From Planctomycetota bacterium (GTDB lineage: Bacteria; Planctomycetota; B15-G4), in the NCBI GenBank assembly GCA_029259745.1, contig JAJDEO010000048.1, forward strand, positions 111,024-175,023: 64,000 bases of DNA, given 5' to 3'. Under the pieces are notes generated by a model that was given only the letters and a program-made list of their open reading frames with translations, ran no database searches and was not told the DNA's origin. A program made the translations under genes and the position numbers. Numbering within the stretch: position 1 is the stretch's first letter; each line of letters starts with the position of its first letter. This document shows positions 37,150 through 47,477 of the stretch, in pieces.

Positions 37150-39113
37150 ACCATCCGCGTCGCTCACATTTCGAGCGCTATGTCCTCGGTGACCTCGATG
37201 TCGATGCGCGACTCGCGCTCGACGAACACGTCGCGGTGTGTGAGCGCTGTGCGGCGCTCCTGGCGCGTGAACGCGAGATCGATGCCTGGGTCGTTCAGAC
37301 GAGCGCCGAGGCGTTGCCCGACGGAACGTCGCGGCGCATGTTCGATGCGCTGTGGGAGCGGATCGACGAAGACGCGCAGCCGCCAGTGACGACGACCATC
37401 GACGCGGGGACGAGCTGGTGGCGCGGGATGCGTCGGGCGGCGGCGATGCTCGTGGTCGGGGCGCTTGCTTGGTGGGCCGTCGTGTCGTTCGCGGACGCGC
37501 CGCAGCGATCATCGGCGCCAGAGGTGGTGGAGTCGGGCGCTCCGACGTCTGCTCCCGTGCCCGAGCCGCCGAACGCCGAGCCGCCGAGCCCTGAGGCGAC
37601 GATCGTCGAGACGACGCCGCCGGGCAGCGCCGAGCCGACGACCTGGGAGCTGCGGCTCGCAGCGGCACTCGACAATCCCGGCACGCGTTCGGTTCCTGCA
37701 TGGGGCGGCGACGATGCGACGAGCAGCCAGCGTCTCGATGCCGTCCGGCAGCGTGTCGCGCAGGTGTTGCTCGCCGCCGATGACGCGCACCCGGACGACG
37801 ACGCACAGTTCGCCGCGGCCTGCGCGCTGGCATGGGACGAGCTGCGTCCCGAAGGTTGGGCCGTCGACCAGCTCGTGCGCAATGTCCTGCTCCGTGGACG
37901 CGACGGTGCGGCGGCCGAAGCCGCGCTGCGCGCCGTCCTCGTCGATCCGACGGCCGAGATGACCCTGGCGCGCGTGCTCGACGATGACCGCTGGGCCGAC
38001 GCCGTGCTCGCCGGGTTGCTCGTCCATCCACGCGATCTCGGCGCCGCGCGCGCACTCGGGCGTGCCGTCGCTCAGCGGCTCGATGACGAAGAGCGTGTGC
38101 CCATGGCTGTCGACGTGCTCGTCGCGCTGCGCGGCGAGACCCTGCTGCGCGACGAAGTCGAAGAGATCATCACGCGCGCCCTGCGCAGTCCGTCACCGGT
38201 TCGCACGAAGTCTGCCTTGGCACTTGTCCGCGCGGTTCCGGCGCGGCTCGCGGTCGGGGCCTGGATCGACCTCGCAGATGTGGTGGGCGCCAACGCCGCG
38301 GCGCGTGGCTTCGAGGGCGTCCTCGCGGCGTCCGAGACCGAGGCGGTGGCGGCGCTTGGACACGCGCTGTCGCAGCCACGGCGGCGCGAGACGGCGATTC
38401 AATGGGTGTTCGAACAGGGCCTGGCCGAGCTCGTTCCGCAGCTCGTGCGCGTGGCGTCCGACCGACAAGATGCCGAGTTGCTCGACGCGCTCGGCGCGCT
38501 CGCCGACGCACGTGCGGCACGGCCGTTGTTCGAGGCCTGGCGTGAGCACCGAGGGCGTCCACTCGACGGACGCCTGGCCGACGCTCTCGTTGCGCTCCTC
38601 GTCGACGACGCAGAGGCGCGGAGTGTCCTGGCCAGCTCGACGCGTGCGCATGAGGTCGGCGATCTCATCGATCTCATGACGCACGCCATCGACAGCGCTC
38701 CGGGGCTCGATCGCCGCAGCGAACACGCCGAGCTTTGCGCTGATGTGCTCAGCGGCGTCGTCGTCGATCCCACGCTCGACGCCGGCCGCCGGGCGCGCAC
38801 CCTCGGAGCCCTCGCGCGCCACGGGCACGAGCGCCATGCCGACCGTCTGCTCGAGGCACTGGTGAGTCGTCCCGACGATGCCCTCGGCTGGATCACGGCC
38901 GCGACTCTTGCGCCCGAGGCGACATACCTCACGTTCCAACGTGTCGGCGGTGACGTCGACGACTTGACCTCGGCCGTGCGCGACATCGGCGCGTGGCCGA
39001 CCTTCGCCGTGGCGCCGCCCACGCGCGTCTTGCGCCGTATCGAACGCGCGCTCGATCGCTTGGACACCACGCCGATGTCCCGATCCAAACCTGTCACAGG
39101 AGACGACGAATGA
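37146..39113 (+). CDS. Zinc-finger (HxxxCxxC) anti-sigma factor with a TM helix and large helical C-terminal domain
   Basis: HVAVCERC near the N-terminus; one TM helix; Pro-rich linker; ATGA coupling to the sigma gene. Confidence 0.8.
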   Translation: MNHPRRSHFERYVLGDLDVDARLALDEHVAVCERCAALLAREREIDAWVVQTSAEALPDGTSRRMFDALWERIDEDAQPPVTTTIDAGTSWWRGMRRAAAMLVVGALAWWAVVSFADAPQRSSAPEVVESGAPTSAPVPEPPNAEPPSPEATIVETTPPGSAEPTTWELRLAAALDNPGTRSVPAWGGDDATSSQRLDAVRQRVAQVLLAADDAHPDDDAQFAAACALAWDELRPEGWAVDQLVRNVLLRGRDGAAAEAALRAVLVDPTAEMTLARVLDDDRWADAVLAGLLVHPRDLGAARALGRAVAQRLDDEERVPMAVDVLVALRGETLLRDEVEEIITRALRSPSPVRTKSALALVRAVPARLAVGAWIDLADVVGANAAARGFEGVLAASETEAVAALGHALSQPRRRETAIQWVFEQGLAELVPQLVRVASDRQDAELLDALGALADARAARPLFEAWREHRGRPLDGRLADALVALLVDDAEARSVLASSTRAHEVGDLIDLMTHAIDSAPGLDRRSEHAELCADVLSGVVVDPTLDAGRRARTLGALARHGHERHADRLLEALVSRPDDALGWITAATLAPEATYLTFQRVGGDVDDLTSAVRDIGAWPTFAVAPPTRVLRRIERALDRLDTTPMSRSKPVTGDDE

Positions 39114-40879
39114 TTCTCGCCACGCTTCTCACGGCGGCCCTGACGGTCGTCACGGATCCCCTTGCGACCCCGAGTCCCAGTGCTTCGGAAGTGCTTGCAA
39201 GCGACCTCACCGTCGCGAGTTACGACCTTTCGAACCTCATGCCGGATCCGAACAAGCAGCAGGCCCGGATGCCGCTGCTTCCTCTGATCGGTCCGAGCGA
39301 CGACGACTCGGGCTACGACGAGGGCGGCTTCGAAGACGACTTCCGCGACCGCGTGGTCAACCTGGTCGTCGATGTGATCGGCCGCGAGCTCTTCGAGTCG
39401 TCGTCGGATGCCTTCGCGTACATGATCGACGACGACGTGCTGCTCATGCGCGCGACCGACGAGGTCCACGACGCGCTCGAGCGTTACCTCGACAGCGTCC
39501 GCGCGTCCACCGGGCGCTCGGCGACCATCGAACTCGAAACCTACCGGAGTCTCGGCGGAGTCACGACAGATGTGGAGTCGCTCGTCGACGCCGTCCGCAC
39601 GGGCAAGGCCGCCCTTGTCGGGTCGCTGCGACGCGAGATCCATGTCGGCAACACGCACGACTTCGGGACTCGGTACATGGTCGACTTCGTGCGCGGGTAT
39701 TCCTCCGAGATTGCACACAGCGCTGCGATCGGCGATCCCGACATGGAGCTGCTGACGCTCGGTTCGCGCTGGCTCGTGCGTCTGGAGTCGCCCGTCGGGC
39801 AAGACCTGCGCCTGCGCTACGCGCATCGTCAGGCCGCCGTCACGGACTGGGAGACGCGCGACGCGGGGCTCGCGGCGGTGGTGGCGCTCAACGAGCGGAT
39901 GGCGCACGTGAGCACGGTCGGGCACATCGACATGCCCAACGTCGGCGTGGCATCGGTCTGGGGCGAGGTGACCTTCGGGGCCTCGGGCGGGACGACGTGG
40001 ATCGCTTCGCAGGTCGACACTCCGGCCGGCGTGATCTCGTACGTCACGCGCCTCGCTGTCGCGGACGTGGCGCCGGCGCCGCCGCCGGTCGAAGTTCGCA
40101 ACTCGACGTACGCGTGGATGCTCGACGCCAGTCACCTCATCTGGCGCGGGCACCGCTCACACCATCCGCGCCCCGAGTTCCTGGCGCCGACGAGTGTGCG
40201 CTACGACGGTGATGACTGGCTCGATGCCACGGCGCTCGCGTTCCCGTCGGGACAGGAGGAGTCCTGCGACAACCTCATGAGCGCGATCTACGATCTCGAG
40301 ATCGCCGAGGATGAAGAGGACATGGACCTCGGGGCGGTCGGGTCGTGGCTCTTCCTGACCGGTTCCCAGGCGGTACTCGCCGAAGCGGCCGGGCTGAGCA
40401 AGGTCTTCGGGCGCGCGACGGCGTCGTCGTCGGTCGATGTGGTCGTCACGCGCCGGCAGCGCGGCTCGCCGGTGGGCGCTGGAACTGCCCTCGGGCAGGC
40501 GCGGTTCGACGTCGATACGCGCGGTCGTGCCGGCACGTTCGTCGGGCACCAGCAGCCTGTCGTGTCGGACTTCGACGTCGAGGTCGCGCAGGGCGCGTCG
40601 CTCTCCGAGCCGCGCGTCGACACGATCTTCGACGGCATGACGGTGGAGGCCACCGCTGTCGGCGCCGACGTGTTGCTCGACCTCCTGCTGCATCTCCGCC
40701 GCGACGTCGGCCAGGTGCCGCTCCACGGCGAGACGTTCGGGAGTCTCGACCGCGTTGCGGTGCTCGCCGCGAGTGTGTCGGTACGCGTGCCGCGCGATGG
40801 GGAGCGTCACACGTGGCGTGAGATCGCCACCGAGGACGGCACCGTGTTCGACGTGCACGTCACGGTGTCCGGCAACTGA
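39110..40879 (+). CDS. Secreted hypothetical protein with two repeated secretin-like modules
   Basis: Signal peptide; YDLSNL; repeated motif FVRGYSSEIAHSAAIGDP and VVSDFDVEVAQGASLSEP; ATGA coupling. Confidence 0.7.
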   Translation: MILATLLTAALTVVTDPLATPSPSASEVLASDLTVASYDLSNLMPDPNKQQARMPLLPLIGPSDDDSGYDEGGFEDDFRDRVVNLVVDVIGRELFESSSDAFAYMIDDDVLLMRATDEVHDALERYLDSVRASTGRSATIELETYRSLGGVTTDVESLVDAVRTGKAALVGSLRREIHVGNTHDFGTRYMVDFVRGYSSEIAHSAAIGDPDMELLTLGSRWLVRLESPVGQDLRLRYAHRQAAVTDWETRDAGLAAVVALNERMAHVSTVGHIDMPNVGVASVWGEVTFGASGGTTWIASQVDTPAGVISYVTRLAVADVAPAPPPVEVRNSTYAWMLDASHLIWRGHRSHHPRPEFLAPTSVRYDGDDWLDATALAFPSGQEESCDNLMSAIYDLEIAEDEEDMDLGAVGSWLFLTGSQAVLAEAAGLSKVFGRATASSSVDVVVTRRQRGSPVGAGTALGQARFDVDTRGRAGTFVGHQQPVVSDFDVEVAQGASLSEPRVDTIFDGMTVEATAVGADVLLDLLLHLRRDVGQVPLHGETFGSLDRVAVLAASVSVRVPRDGERHTWREIATEDGTVFDVHVTVSGN

Positions 40880-40890
40880 CGGCGGCTCGC

Positions 40891-40947
40891 AGGCGAGGAA
40901 CGCTCGGGAGGCCCGCGAGTCGGGTGTCTCGAGCGTTCCTCGCCTTT
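40891..40947 (+). terminator. Long hairpin ending the ECF operon
   Basis: AGGCGAGGAACGCTCG ... CGAGCGTTCCTCGCCT, a 16-bp perfect stem with only a short T tail. Confidence 0.6.
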
Positions 40948-41168
40948 GCTGTCACGGCGACGGCGCTCCGCACACGTGCAACGTCCTCGACGAGCCGGAC
41001 GCTCGTCTGGATGACTCGCTGCGGTGGTCGCGAGGTCGAAGGGGCCTTGCTGGCAAGGCGCCGCGAAAGTCTGACCGGCCGCGGTCTGGTTCGACCGTTG
41101 GGCTGTTTCCTCCGTCGAAGATCAGACACCTCGCTTCAACGCAGGCAGGAAGCTCACAGATGCTGCTC

Positions 41169-41328
41169 GTGGTGTGATTCAAGAGTTCGCGAAATTCGCT
41201 TTGTGTGACCGTCGTCGCTGGCAAGGCGCGTCGACGCAGGCGAATGGGTGGAGTCGTCGAGGAGCTGCAACACACCCAGCGGTGAGGAGGGCGCGAAACA
41301 AATGACGCGAACTTTTGAATCACACCAC
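41169..41328. mobile_element. MITE/REP-like element, 160 bp, with 23-bp terminal inverted repeats
   Basis: GTGGTGTGATTCAAGAGTTCGCG (41169-41191) versus CGCGAACTTTTGAATCACACCAC (41306-41328), one mismatch; followed by TAG; no ORF inside. Confidence 0.7.
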
Positions 41329-41340
41329 TAGAGTGAGGCG

Positions 41341-43350
41341 ATGAAGCCCGCGCTCGCTGCCCTCGCCGTCGTGCTGTCTGTGATGACGTCGGCATGCGGG
41401 CCGAGTGGGTGGAGTGGTGCGAGTGGTGCGAGTGCGGATGCGGTCGACGACGCGATGCCGATCCGACCGAGCGCCACGCTCACGGCGCCCACGCGTGAGG
41501 CCGCGCCCGCCACGGCGCGTCGCACGATGGACGACGATCTGCGCCAGGCACGCGCGGCGGCGCGTCACCCTTCGGACGGCGGCGGGGCGGCTGTCCTCAT
41601 CTCCGGCGACGATCCGATCGAGGTCGCGACGGCCGGGAAGTGGGTGTTTCGCTACACGGCCGGCGCCGACGGGATCGCCGTCGGTGGTCGGCTCACGTTC
41701 CAGGTCTCGCCCTTCTGGGGGTGGTCGGCGCCGCAGACGTTGGCCCCCGCAGCGCCGGGCTACACACGCGTGACGACGGCCGCGAAGGGAGTGCGCCTCG
41801 ATATCCGTCCGACGCCGCCGGCGCGTGATCCGGCGCCCCTCGTCGTCACGATCGCGGGCGCTCCGTTGCGTGCTGGCGACGAGATCACGCTGGAGTACGG
41901 CGCGGGGCCGAGCGGTGCCTTCGCAGACCAGTACGCCGAGGAGTTCGCGCGCTTCTGGTTTCTCATCGACGGTGACGGCGACGGTGTGGCGTCCACGACA
42001 GCCGACCCGCCCGCGGTGCGCGTCGTGGCGGGACGTGTACGTCAGCTTGTCGCGACGGTGCCGAGTACGGCCGCGCCGGACGAGCCGATCGAACTCGTCG
42101 TGGCGGCACTCGACGCGCGCGGCAACGCCGGCTCGCGCGTCGCCGGTGAGTTCGAGGTCCGCCTGCAGACGGCAGCCGAGGTGTCCGCCGCCGTGACCTT
42201 CGAACTCGATGCTCGCGGCTTGGCGCGGCTGTCGTTGCCGGCTGCGCCACCGGGCGTTTCGCGTTGGGTCGTCGGCGGTCCCGAGGGACTCTCCGTGACG
42301 ACGAACCCGTGCTCGGTGTCGGCGACCGGGCGTGGCCTTCTGTGGGGCGATCTGCACGGGCACAGCCTGCTCTCGGATGGTTCGGGGAGCGTCGAGCAGT
42401 ACTACAGCTATGCACGCGACGTTGCGGCCCTCGACGTCGCAGCGCTCACCGATCACGATCACTGGGGCTTCGAGCCGCTCGACGACAACCCCGGCGTGTG
42501 GGAGCACATCAAGGATGTGACGGCGACGTTCCACGAGCCGGGGCGTTTCGTGACGCTGCCGGCCTACGAGTGGACGAGCTGGCTCCACGGTCATCGTCAC
42601 GTGCTGCACTTCGGACCGGGGCGCGGCGACGAGCTTCCCTTCGTCAGCTCACTCGACGACGCGACGCGCCATCCCGGAGATCTCTGGGATGCCCTGCGCG
42701 GTCAGCCCGCGATCACGATGGCGCACCATTCGGGCGGCGGTCCCGTGCCGACGAACTGGACCTGGCCGCCGGACGCCGAGCTCGAGCCGGTCACGGAGGT
42801 CATGAGCGTCCACGGCAGCAGCGAGGCGCTCGATTCGCCGCGGCTCATCTACGCGCCGCTGCGCGGCAACTTCGTCCGCGATGTGCTCGACGCCGGGATC
42901 CGACTCGGATTCGTAGCCAGCGGCGACAGTCACGACGGTCATCCGGGTCTCGCGCAGCTCGCGTCGCCGGCGGGAAATGGCGGACTCGTCGCGTTCGTCG
43001 CCGCCGAGCACACCCGCACCGGTCTGCTCGAAGCTCTCCGCGAGCGCCGCACCTACGCGACGAGTGGGGCGCGTATGATCGTACGCTGCTCGCTCGGCGG
43101 CCACACGATGGGAGCCGACGTCGGCCCCGGCAACCACGACCTGCGCTTCGTCGTCTACGGCACGGGGCCGCTCACGTCGGTGGAGTTGATCCGCAGCGGC
43201 GAGGTCGTCGCCAAGTCGGACGGCGGTGGCCATGATGAACTCATCGGCATGCTGCCCGTGCGAGACCTGACCGCTGGCGAGTACCTTTACCTCCGCGTCA
43301 CCCAGCGCGATCGTCACGTCGCCTGGACGAGCCCGTTCTTCATCCACTGA
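41341..43350 (+). CDS. PHP-fold metallohydrolase (CehA/McbA/DUF3604-like), probable lipoprotein
   Basis: WGDLHGHS..SDG, LTDHD, YEWT, HGHRHV and GDSHDGHPG motifs; TSAC lipobox-like sequence. Confidence 0.85.
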   Translation: MKPALAALAVVLSVMTSACGPSGWSGASGASADAVDDAMPIRPSATLTAPTREAAPATARRTMDDDLRQARAAARHPSDGGGAAVLISGDDPIEVATAGKWVFRYTAGADGIAVGGRLTFQVSPFWGWSAPQTLAPAAPGYTRVTTAAKGVRLDIRPTPPARDPAPLVVTIAGAPLRAGDEITLEYGAGPSGAFADQYAEEFARFWFLIDGDGDGVASTTADPPAVRVVAGRVRQLVATVPSTAAPDEPIELVVAALDARGNAGSRVAGEFEVRLQTAAEVSAAVTFELDARGLARLSLPAAPPGVSRWVVGGPEGLSVTTNPCSVSATGRGLLWGDLHGHSLLSDGSGSVEQYYSYARDVAALDVAALTDHDHWGFEPLDDNPGVWEHIKDVTATFHEPGRFVTLPAYEWTSWLHGHRHVLHFGPGRGDELPFVSSLDDATRHPGDLWDALRGQPAITMAHHSGGGPVPTNWTWPPDAELEPVTEVMSVHGSSEALDSPRLIYAPLRGNFVRDVLDAGIRLGFVASGDSHDGHPGLAQLASPAGNGGLVAFVAAEHTRTGLLEALRERRTYATSGARMIVRCSLGGHTMGADVGPGNHDLRFVVYGTGPLTSVELIRSGEVVAKSDGGGHDELIGMLPVRDLTAGEYLYLRVTQRDRHVAWTSPFFIH

Positions 43351-43371
43351 AACCTCCCTCGACCCACACCC

Positions 43372-43707
43372 ATGCCCGATTCGCCCGATGCCCCGATCTC
43401 GCTCTACGTCACGGTTCCGTCCGAAGAGCTTGCCCGCTCGATTGCCCACACGTTGGTGAACGAGCGGCTCGTGGCGTGCGTGAACATCGTGCCGGCGATC
43501 ACGTCCATCTACGCCTGGGAAGGTGTGTTGCTCGAAGACGCCGAGGTCCTGATGTTCGCGAAGACCGATCGAGCGCGCATGGAGCGCGCCGGGGCACGCA
43601 TCGTCGAGCTGCATAGCTACGACGTTCCGTGCCTCTTGGCGCTGCCGATCGTGGGCGGGCACGGGCCATACCTCGATTGGCTCAATCAGTCGCGGCCGCC
43701 CGTGTAG
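43372..43707 (+). CDS. cutA: Divalent-cation tolerance protein CutA
   Basis: LVACVNI, SIYAWEG, LHSYDVP and YLDWL motifs. Confidence 0.93.
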   Translation: MPDSPDAPISLYVTVPSEELARSIAHTLVNERLVACVNIVPAITSIYAWEGVLLEDAEVLMFAKTDRARMERAGARIVELHSYDVPCLLALPIVGGHGPYLDWLNQSRPPV

Positions 43708-43708
43708 C

Positions 43709-45148
43709 TCACACCAGTGTCGGCGGCTCGTTGCCTCCGCACATCGTGCTCGGGTCGAGCAGCTTCGCGATCTGCTCTTCGCTGAGCAGCCCCTTCTCAC
43801 GTACGAGTTCGACGATGCCACGGTCGGTCTGCAGCGCCTCGGCAGCGATGCGCGTGGCCATCTCGTAGCCGAGCACCGGGTTGAGCGCCGTGACGACACC
43901 GATGCTGCGTTCGATGAAATGCTGGCAAACGGCTTCGTTGGCCGTGATGCCGTCGATGCAGTGCTCGCGCAGCGTGCGCGAGGCGTTCATGAGCATCGTC
44001 TGCGACTCGAGAATGCTCGCAGCGAGCACGGGCTCCATGACGTTGAGCTGCAGCTGACCGGCCTCGGCCGCGAGTGTCACCGTGAGGTCGTTGCCGATGG
44101 CGCGGAAACAGACCTGATTGACGACCTCCGGGATGACCGGATTGACCTTGCCCGGCATGATCGACGAGCCCGGCTGCTTGCGCGGGAGGTTGAGCTCGTT
44201 GAGGCCGGCGCGCGGACCCGACGACAGCAGGCGCAAGTCGTTGCAGATCTTGCTGAGCTTGATCGCGAGGCTCTTGAGCGCCGAGGAGTACAGCACGAAC
44301 GGCTGGGTGTCTTGCGTAGCTTCGACGAGGTCGGGTGCACGCCGCATGCGCTTACCCGTGACGGCCGAGAGATGCCGCGCGCAGCAGTCGGCGTAACCGG
44401 CCGGCGCGTTGAGACCCGTGCCGATCGCCGTCCCGCCCATGTTGCTGTCGAGCAGCACGGCCTCGACGCGTTCGAGCGAGCGGCGTTCGTTCGCGAGGCT
44501 TTCGGCCCACGCACGAAACTCCTGTCCGAGCGTCATCGGCACGGCGTCTTGGAGCTGTGTGCGGCCCATCTTGAGGATGTGATGGAACGCATCGCCCTTG
44601 CGACGAAATGAGTCGACGAGCAGATTGAGCTCGGCGCAGACGTGCGTGTTCATGAGTGCCATCGCGATGTGCAACGACGTCGGGTAGGCATCGTTCGTCG
44701 ACTGCGACAGGTTCACGTGGTCGTGCGGGTCGCAGTGGTCGTAGTCGCCGCGCTGATGGCCCATCAGCTCGAGGGCGCGGTTCGCGATCACCTCGTTCGC
44801 GTTCATGTTCGTCGACGTGCCCGCGCCGCCCTGGAACAGGTCGACTTCGAAGTGCTCGTGGAGCTTGCCTTCCATGATCTCGAGGCAAGCGCCCTCGATC
44901 CCCGCGAGGATCTCAGGGTTCAGAACGCCGCACTCGGCGTTCGCGCGGGCCGCGCCGAGCTTGACCATCGCCAGCGCTCGAACGAGTTCGGGATGCTGGG
45001 AGAGCTTCACACCCGAGATATGGAAGTTCTCCATCGCGCGCGCCGTCTGGATGCCCCAGTAGGCTTCGCGTGGGATCTCTTTGGTTCCGAGAAGGTCTTC
45101 TTCGGTGCGCGTGTCCGTAGACGTTCCCGCATCGGGGAGAGAGGTCAT
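43709..45148 (-). CDS. aspA: Aspartate ammonia-lyase
   Basis: QGGAGTSTNMNANEVIAN, KMGRTQLQDAVP and GSSIMPGKVNP motifs. Confidence 0.95.
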   Translation of the reverse strand: MTSLPDAGTSTDTRTEEDLLGTKEIPREAYWGIQTARAMENFHISGVKLSQHPELVRALAMVKLGAARANAECGVLNPEILAGIEGACLEIMEGKLHEHFEVDLFQGGAGTSTNMNANEVIANRALELMGHQRGDYDHCDPHDHVNLSQSTNDAYPTSLHIAMALMNTHVCAELNLLVDSFRRKGDAFHHILKMGRTQLQDAVPMTLGQEFRAWAESLANERRSLERVEAVLLDSNMGGTAIGTGLNAPAGYADCCARHLSAVTGKRMRRAPDLVEATQDTQPFVLYSSALKSLAIKLSKICNDLRLLSSGPRAGLNELNLPRKQPGSSIMPGKVNPVIPEVVNQVCFRAIGNDLTVTLAAEAGQLQLNVMEPVLAASILESQTMLMNASRTLREHCIDGITANEAVCQHFIERSIGVVTALNPVLGYEMATRIAAEALQTDRGIVELVREKGLLSEEQIAKLLDPSTMCGGNEPPTLV

Positions 45149-45292
45149 CACCGTTTCCGAGCTGTGGGGGAGGGGGCGACATCGTACGCGCCCACGGGCG
45201 TCGGCGGGTGCCGGCGCCTGGCGACTTTTTGCAAAGCCCGGCGAGGACGCTTGACGACGAGTCTCGACGGCGAGACTCGTCACCGAGAGCCG

Positions 45293-45865
45293 TCAGTCGA
45301 GCAGCGAAAGGAACGCGTCAATGCGCTCGTCGGGCTCGGGCGTCGTCGCGAACGTCATGAAGCCGCTCGTGAGAACCGTGGCAAGGGCTTGCGGGTCGCG
45401 TGACGGACCGAGTCGGCCCATCTCGCGCGCCTCCCGCAGCGCGTTCGAGAGCCCGCGGAAGATCGAGTTGCCGAGCCGATCGAGCGACGATCTGATCGTC
45501 GGATGCGAGTCGCGCAGCTCGGCGACCGTGCGCGTCACGAGACAGCCCTGGTTGTGAACGCGCTGCCAGAACTCGTCCTCGGTGGTGGGGTGCCGCAGCC
45601 TCAAGAGTCGCTCGATGCGCGCGCGGGGGTCGCCTTGCATCGACAAGATCTCGTCGATGCTCGCAACCGCCTCATCGCAGTAGCGCGTCAAGGCTTGCTC
45701 GAGGAGGCCGAACTTGTTGCCGTATCGGCTGTACAGGCTGTGACGATTCAATCCTGTGCTACGAACGAGGAGTTCGACGCTGACGGCGTGAAATCCGTGT
45801 TTCCAGAACAGGTCCATGGCTCTTTGCAGAGCCAACTCGGGGTCGTACGTGATCGGCCGCGCCAT
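45293..45865 (-). CDS. TetR/AcrR family transcriptional regulator
   Basis: AMDLFWKHGF and GLNRHSLYSRYGNKFGL helix-turn-helix. Confidence 0.92.
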   Translation of the reverse strand: MARPITYDPELALQRAMDLFWKHGFHAVSVELLVRSTGLNRHSLYSRYGNKFGLLEQALTRYCDEAVASIDEILSMQGDPRARIERLLRLRHPTTEDEFWQRVHNQGCLVTRTVAELRDSHPTIRSSLDRLGNSIFRGLSNALREAREMGRLGPSRDPQALATVLTSGFMTFATTPEPDERIDAFLSLLD

Positions 45866-46210
45866 GAGACTCTCTGAGGAGTGTGGCTTGTGAGGCTCTG
45901 CAGGGAGCCTCGATGTGCACATCACCGTTTCGAACCACCAAGGCTGCCGCGCCCCACTGGCCCAAGTTGCGGTGGGACAGAGACTTCAGGCGCCGCTAGC
46001 GCCGTCGGCAGGATGCTCTGTCCGATACCGAGTATACAGCGAACACGAAAACACCGGACCCACACATTGTGGCGGTGCGCGCCGAATGACTTCTTCAACG
46101 CGCTGGTGGGGGAGGAAGCCCGCTTTTCCTGCACTCAACGGGCTGCTGTTCGGTGATTCATCTTTCGTACGCTTCCACGAGCGTCTCTTCTCCAGATGGA
46201 ATCTTTCACA

Positions 46211-47107
46211 ATGTCGCCCACTCTGCTCGCCAAGGCCGCGGCCGGCCTTCTCGCATTCTCCGCCTCGGCTCTCGCTTCGGACGCTTGGATCGAAGATCTC
46301 GAGACTGGCTTCGCGGAGGCGCGGGCCACCGGAAAGCACCTCCTCGTCGACTTCACGGGCTCGGACTGGTGCCCGCCCTGCAAGGCGCTGCACGCCGAGC
46401 TGCTCTCGAAGCCGAGCTTCGAACAGCGCGCCGGGGAGGCCTTCGTACTCGTCTCGCTCGACTACCCGAGCCGCAAGCCCCAGCCGGCCGACCTCAAGGA
46501 ACGCAACGCGGTTCACAAGGACACGTACGCGATACGCGGCTTTCCGACGTTGATCGCGATGACGCCCGAGGGCGTTGAGTACGGTCGGCGGGTTGGCTAT
46601 CAGCGCGGGCTCGCGGACGACTACCAGGCCTGGATCCTGCGTCTGGCCGACAACCGCGACGCGGTCGTCAGTGCACTCGCCGTTCTCGAGGAGGAACTCC
46701 CGGCCGATGAGGCCGAGCGCGACGCCTACCGCACGCGCCAGGTCGGCGCCGCCGCCTCACTCGTGACGACGTTGGGTGTCGATGCCCCGGCGCGCGCGAC
46801 GTTGATCCTCGAGCTCCACGATCCCGACGACACGACGTTGGCGCGTGCGCACTTGGCCGTGCTCGGGTTCGAGGCACGCTTCACCGCCGAGGAGGAGCCG
46901 AACTTCGAGGCCATGTATAACGAACTCACGAACCTCGCTTCTGACAAGCCGACCGTGAAGAAGCTCGGCACGTACCACGCGTGGCGTGCACTGGCCGCAT
47001 CACAGATCGACAAGCCCGATGTTGCGAGGAGTGCGTTGGACGAAGCCCGCAAGCTCGACGCGCCCGAGGCGCTCGTCGCATGGGTGGCGTCGATGTTCGA
47101 ACGCTGA
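46211..47107 (+). CDS. Exported thioredoxin-family protein
   Basis: Signal peptide; DFTGSDWCPPC and IRGFPT motifs. Confidence 0.9.
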   Translation: MSPTLLAKAAAGLLAFSASALASDAWIEDLETGFAEARATGKHLLVDFTGSDWCPPCKALHAELLSKPSFEQRAGEAFVLVSLDYPSRKPQPADLKERNAVHKDTYAIRGFPTLIAMTPEGVEYGRRVGYQRGLADDYQAWILRLADNRDAVVSALAVLEEELPADEAERDAYRTRQVGAAASLVTTLGVDAPARATLILELHDPDDTTLARAHLAVLGFEARFTAEEEPNFEAMYNELTNLASDKPTVKKLGTYHAWRALAASQIDKPDVARSALDEARKLDAPEALVAWVASMFER

Positions 47108-47141
47108 CGCAGGGCCGCTTGCGTTCACGCACGCCTTCCAG

Positions 47142-47178
47142 CACGACGCCCTTCGTTACCTCGACGAAGGGCGTCGTG
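47142..47178. terminator. Hairpin downstream of the thioredoxin gene
   Basis: CACGACGCCCTTCGT/ACGAAGGGCGTCGTG, a 15-bp stem with no strong T tract. Confidence 0.5.
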
Positions 47179-47477
47179 AAACGAAGCGAGCGCCGGGACG
47201 ACGCAGCGGTCACGAGGCCTACGATGGGGCGCGGGCACCGCGTACAGCACGCTGGGCGACGCGGCGGGTGAGAAGCACCGCTCCGCCTCGGGCTGGGCGA
47301 CGCGCGCAGGTGGAGACGGGGACACCGTGGGGCGTCTTCCGTGGGCTGACGCGGCGCGCGTGTGGCCCGGCGAGACACACGCGTCCACCATCGAACTCAC
47401 CGAGTGCAGGCCCCGCGTCCTTCGAGGGCGCGTGGCTCTTCGGACGTTCGCTGTCGCGTCGGCGCACCGACGGACAC

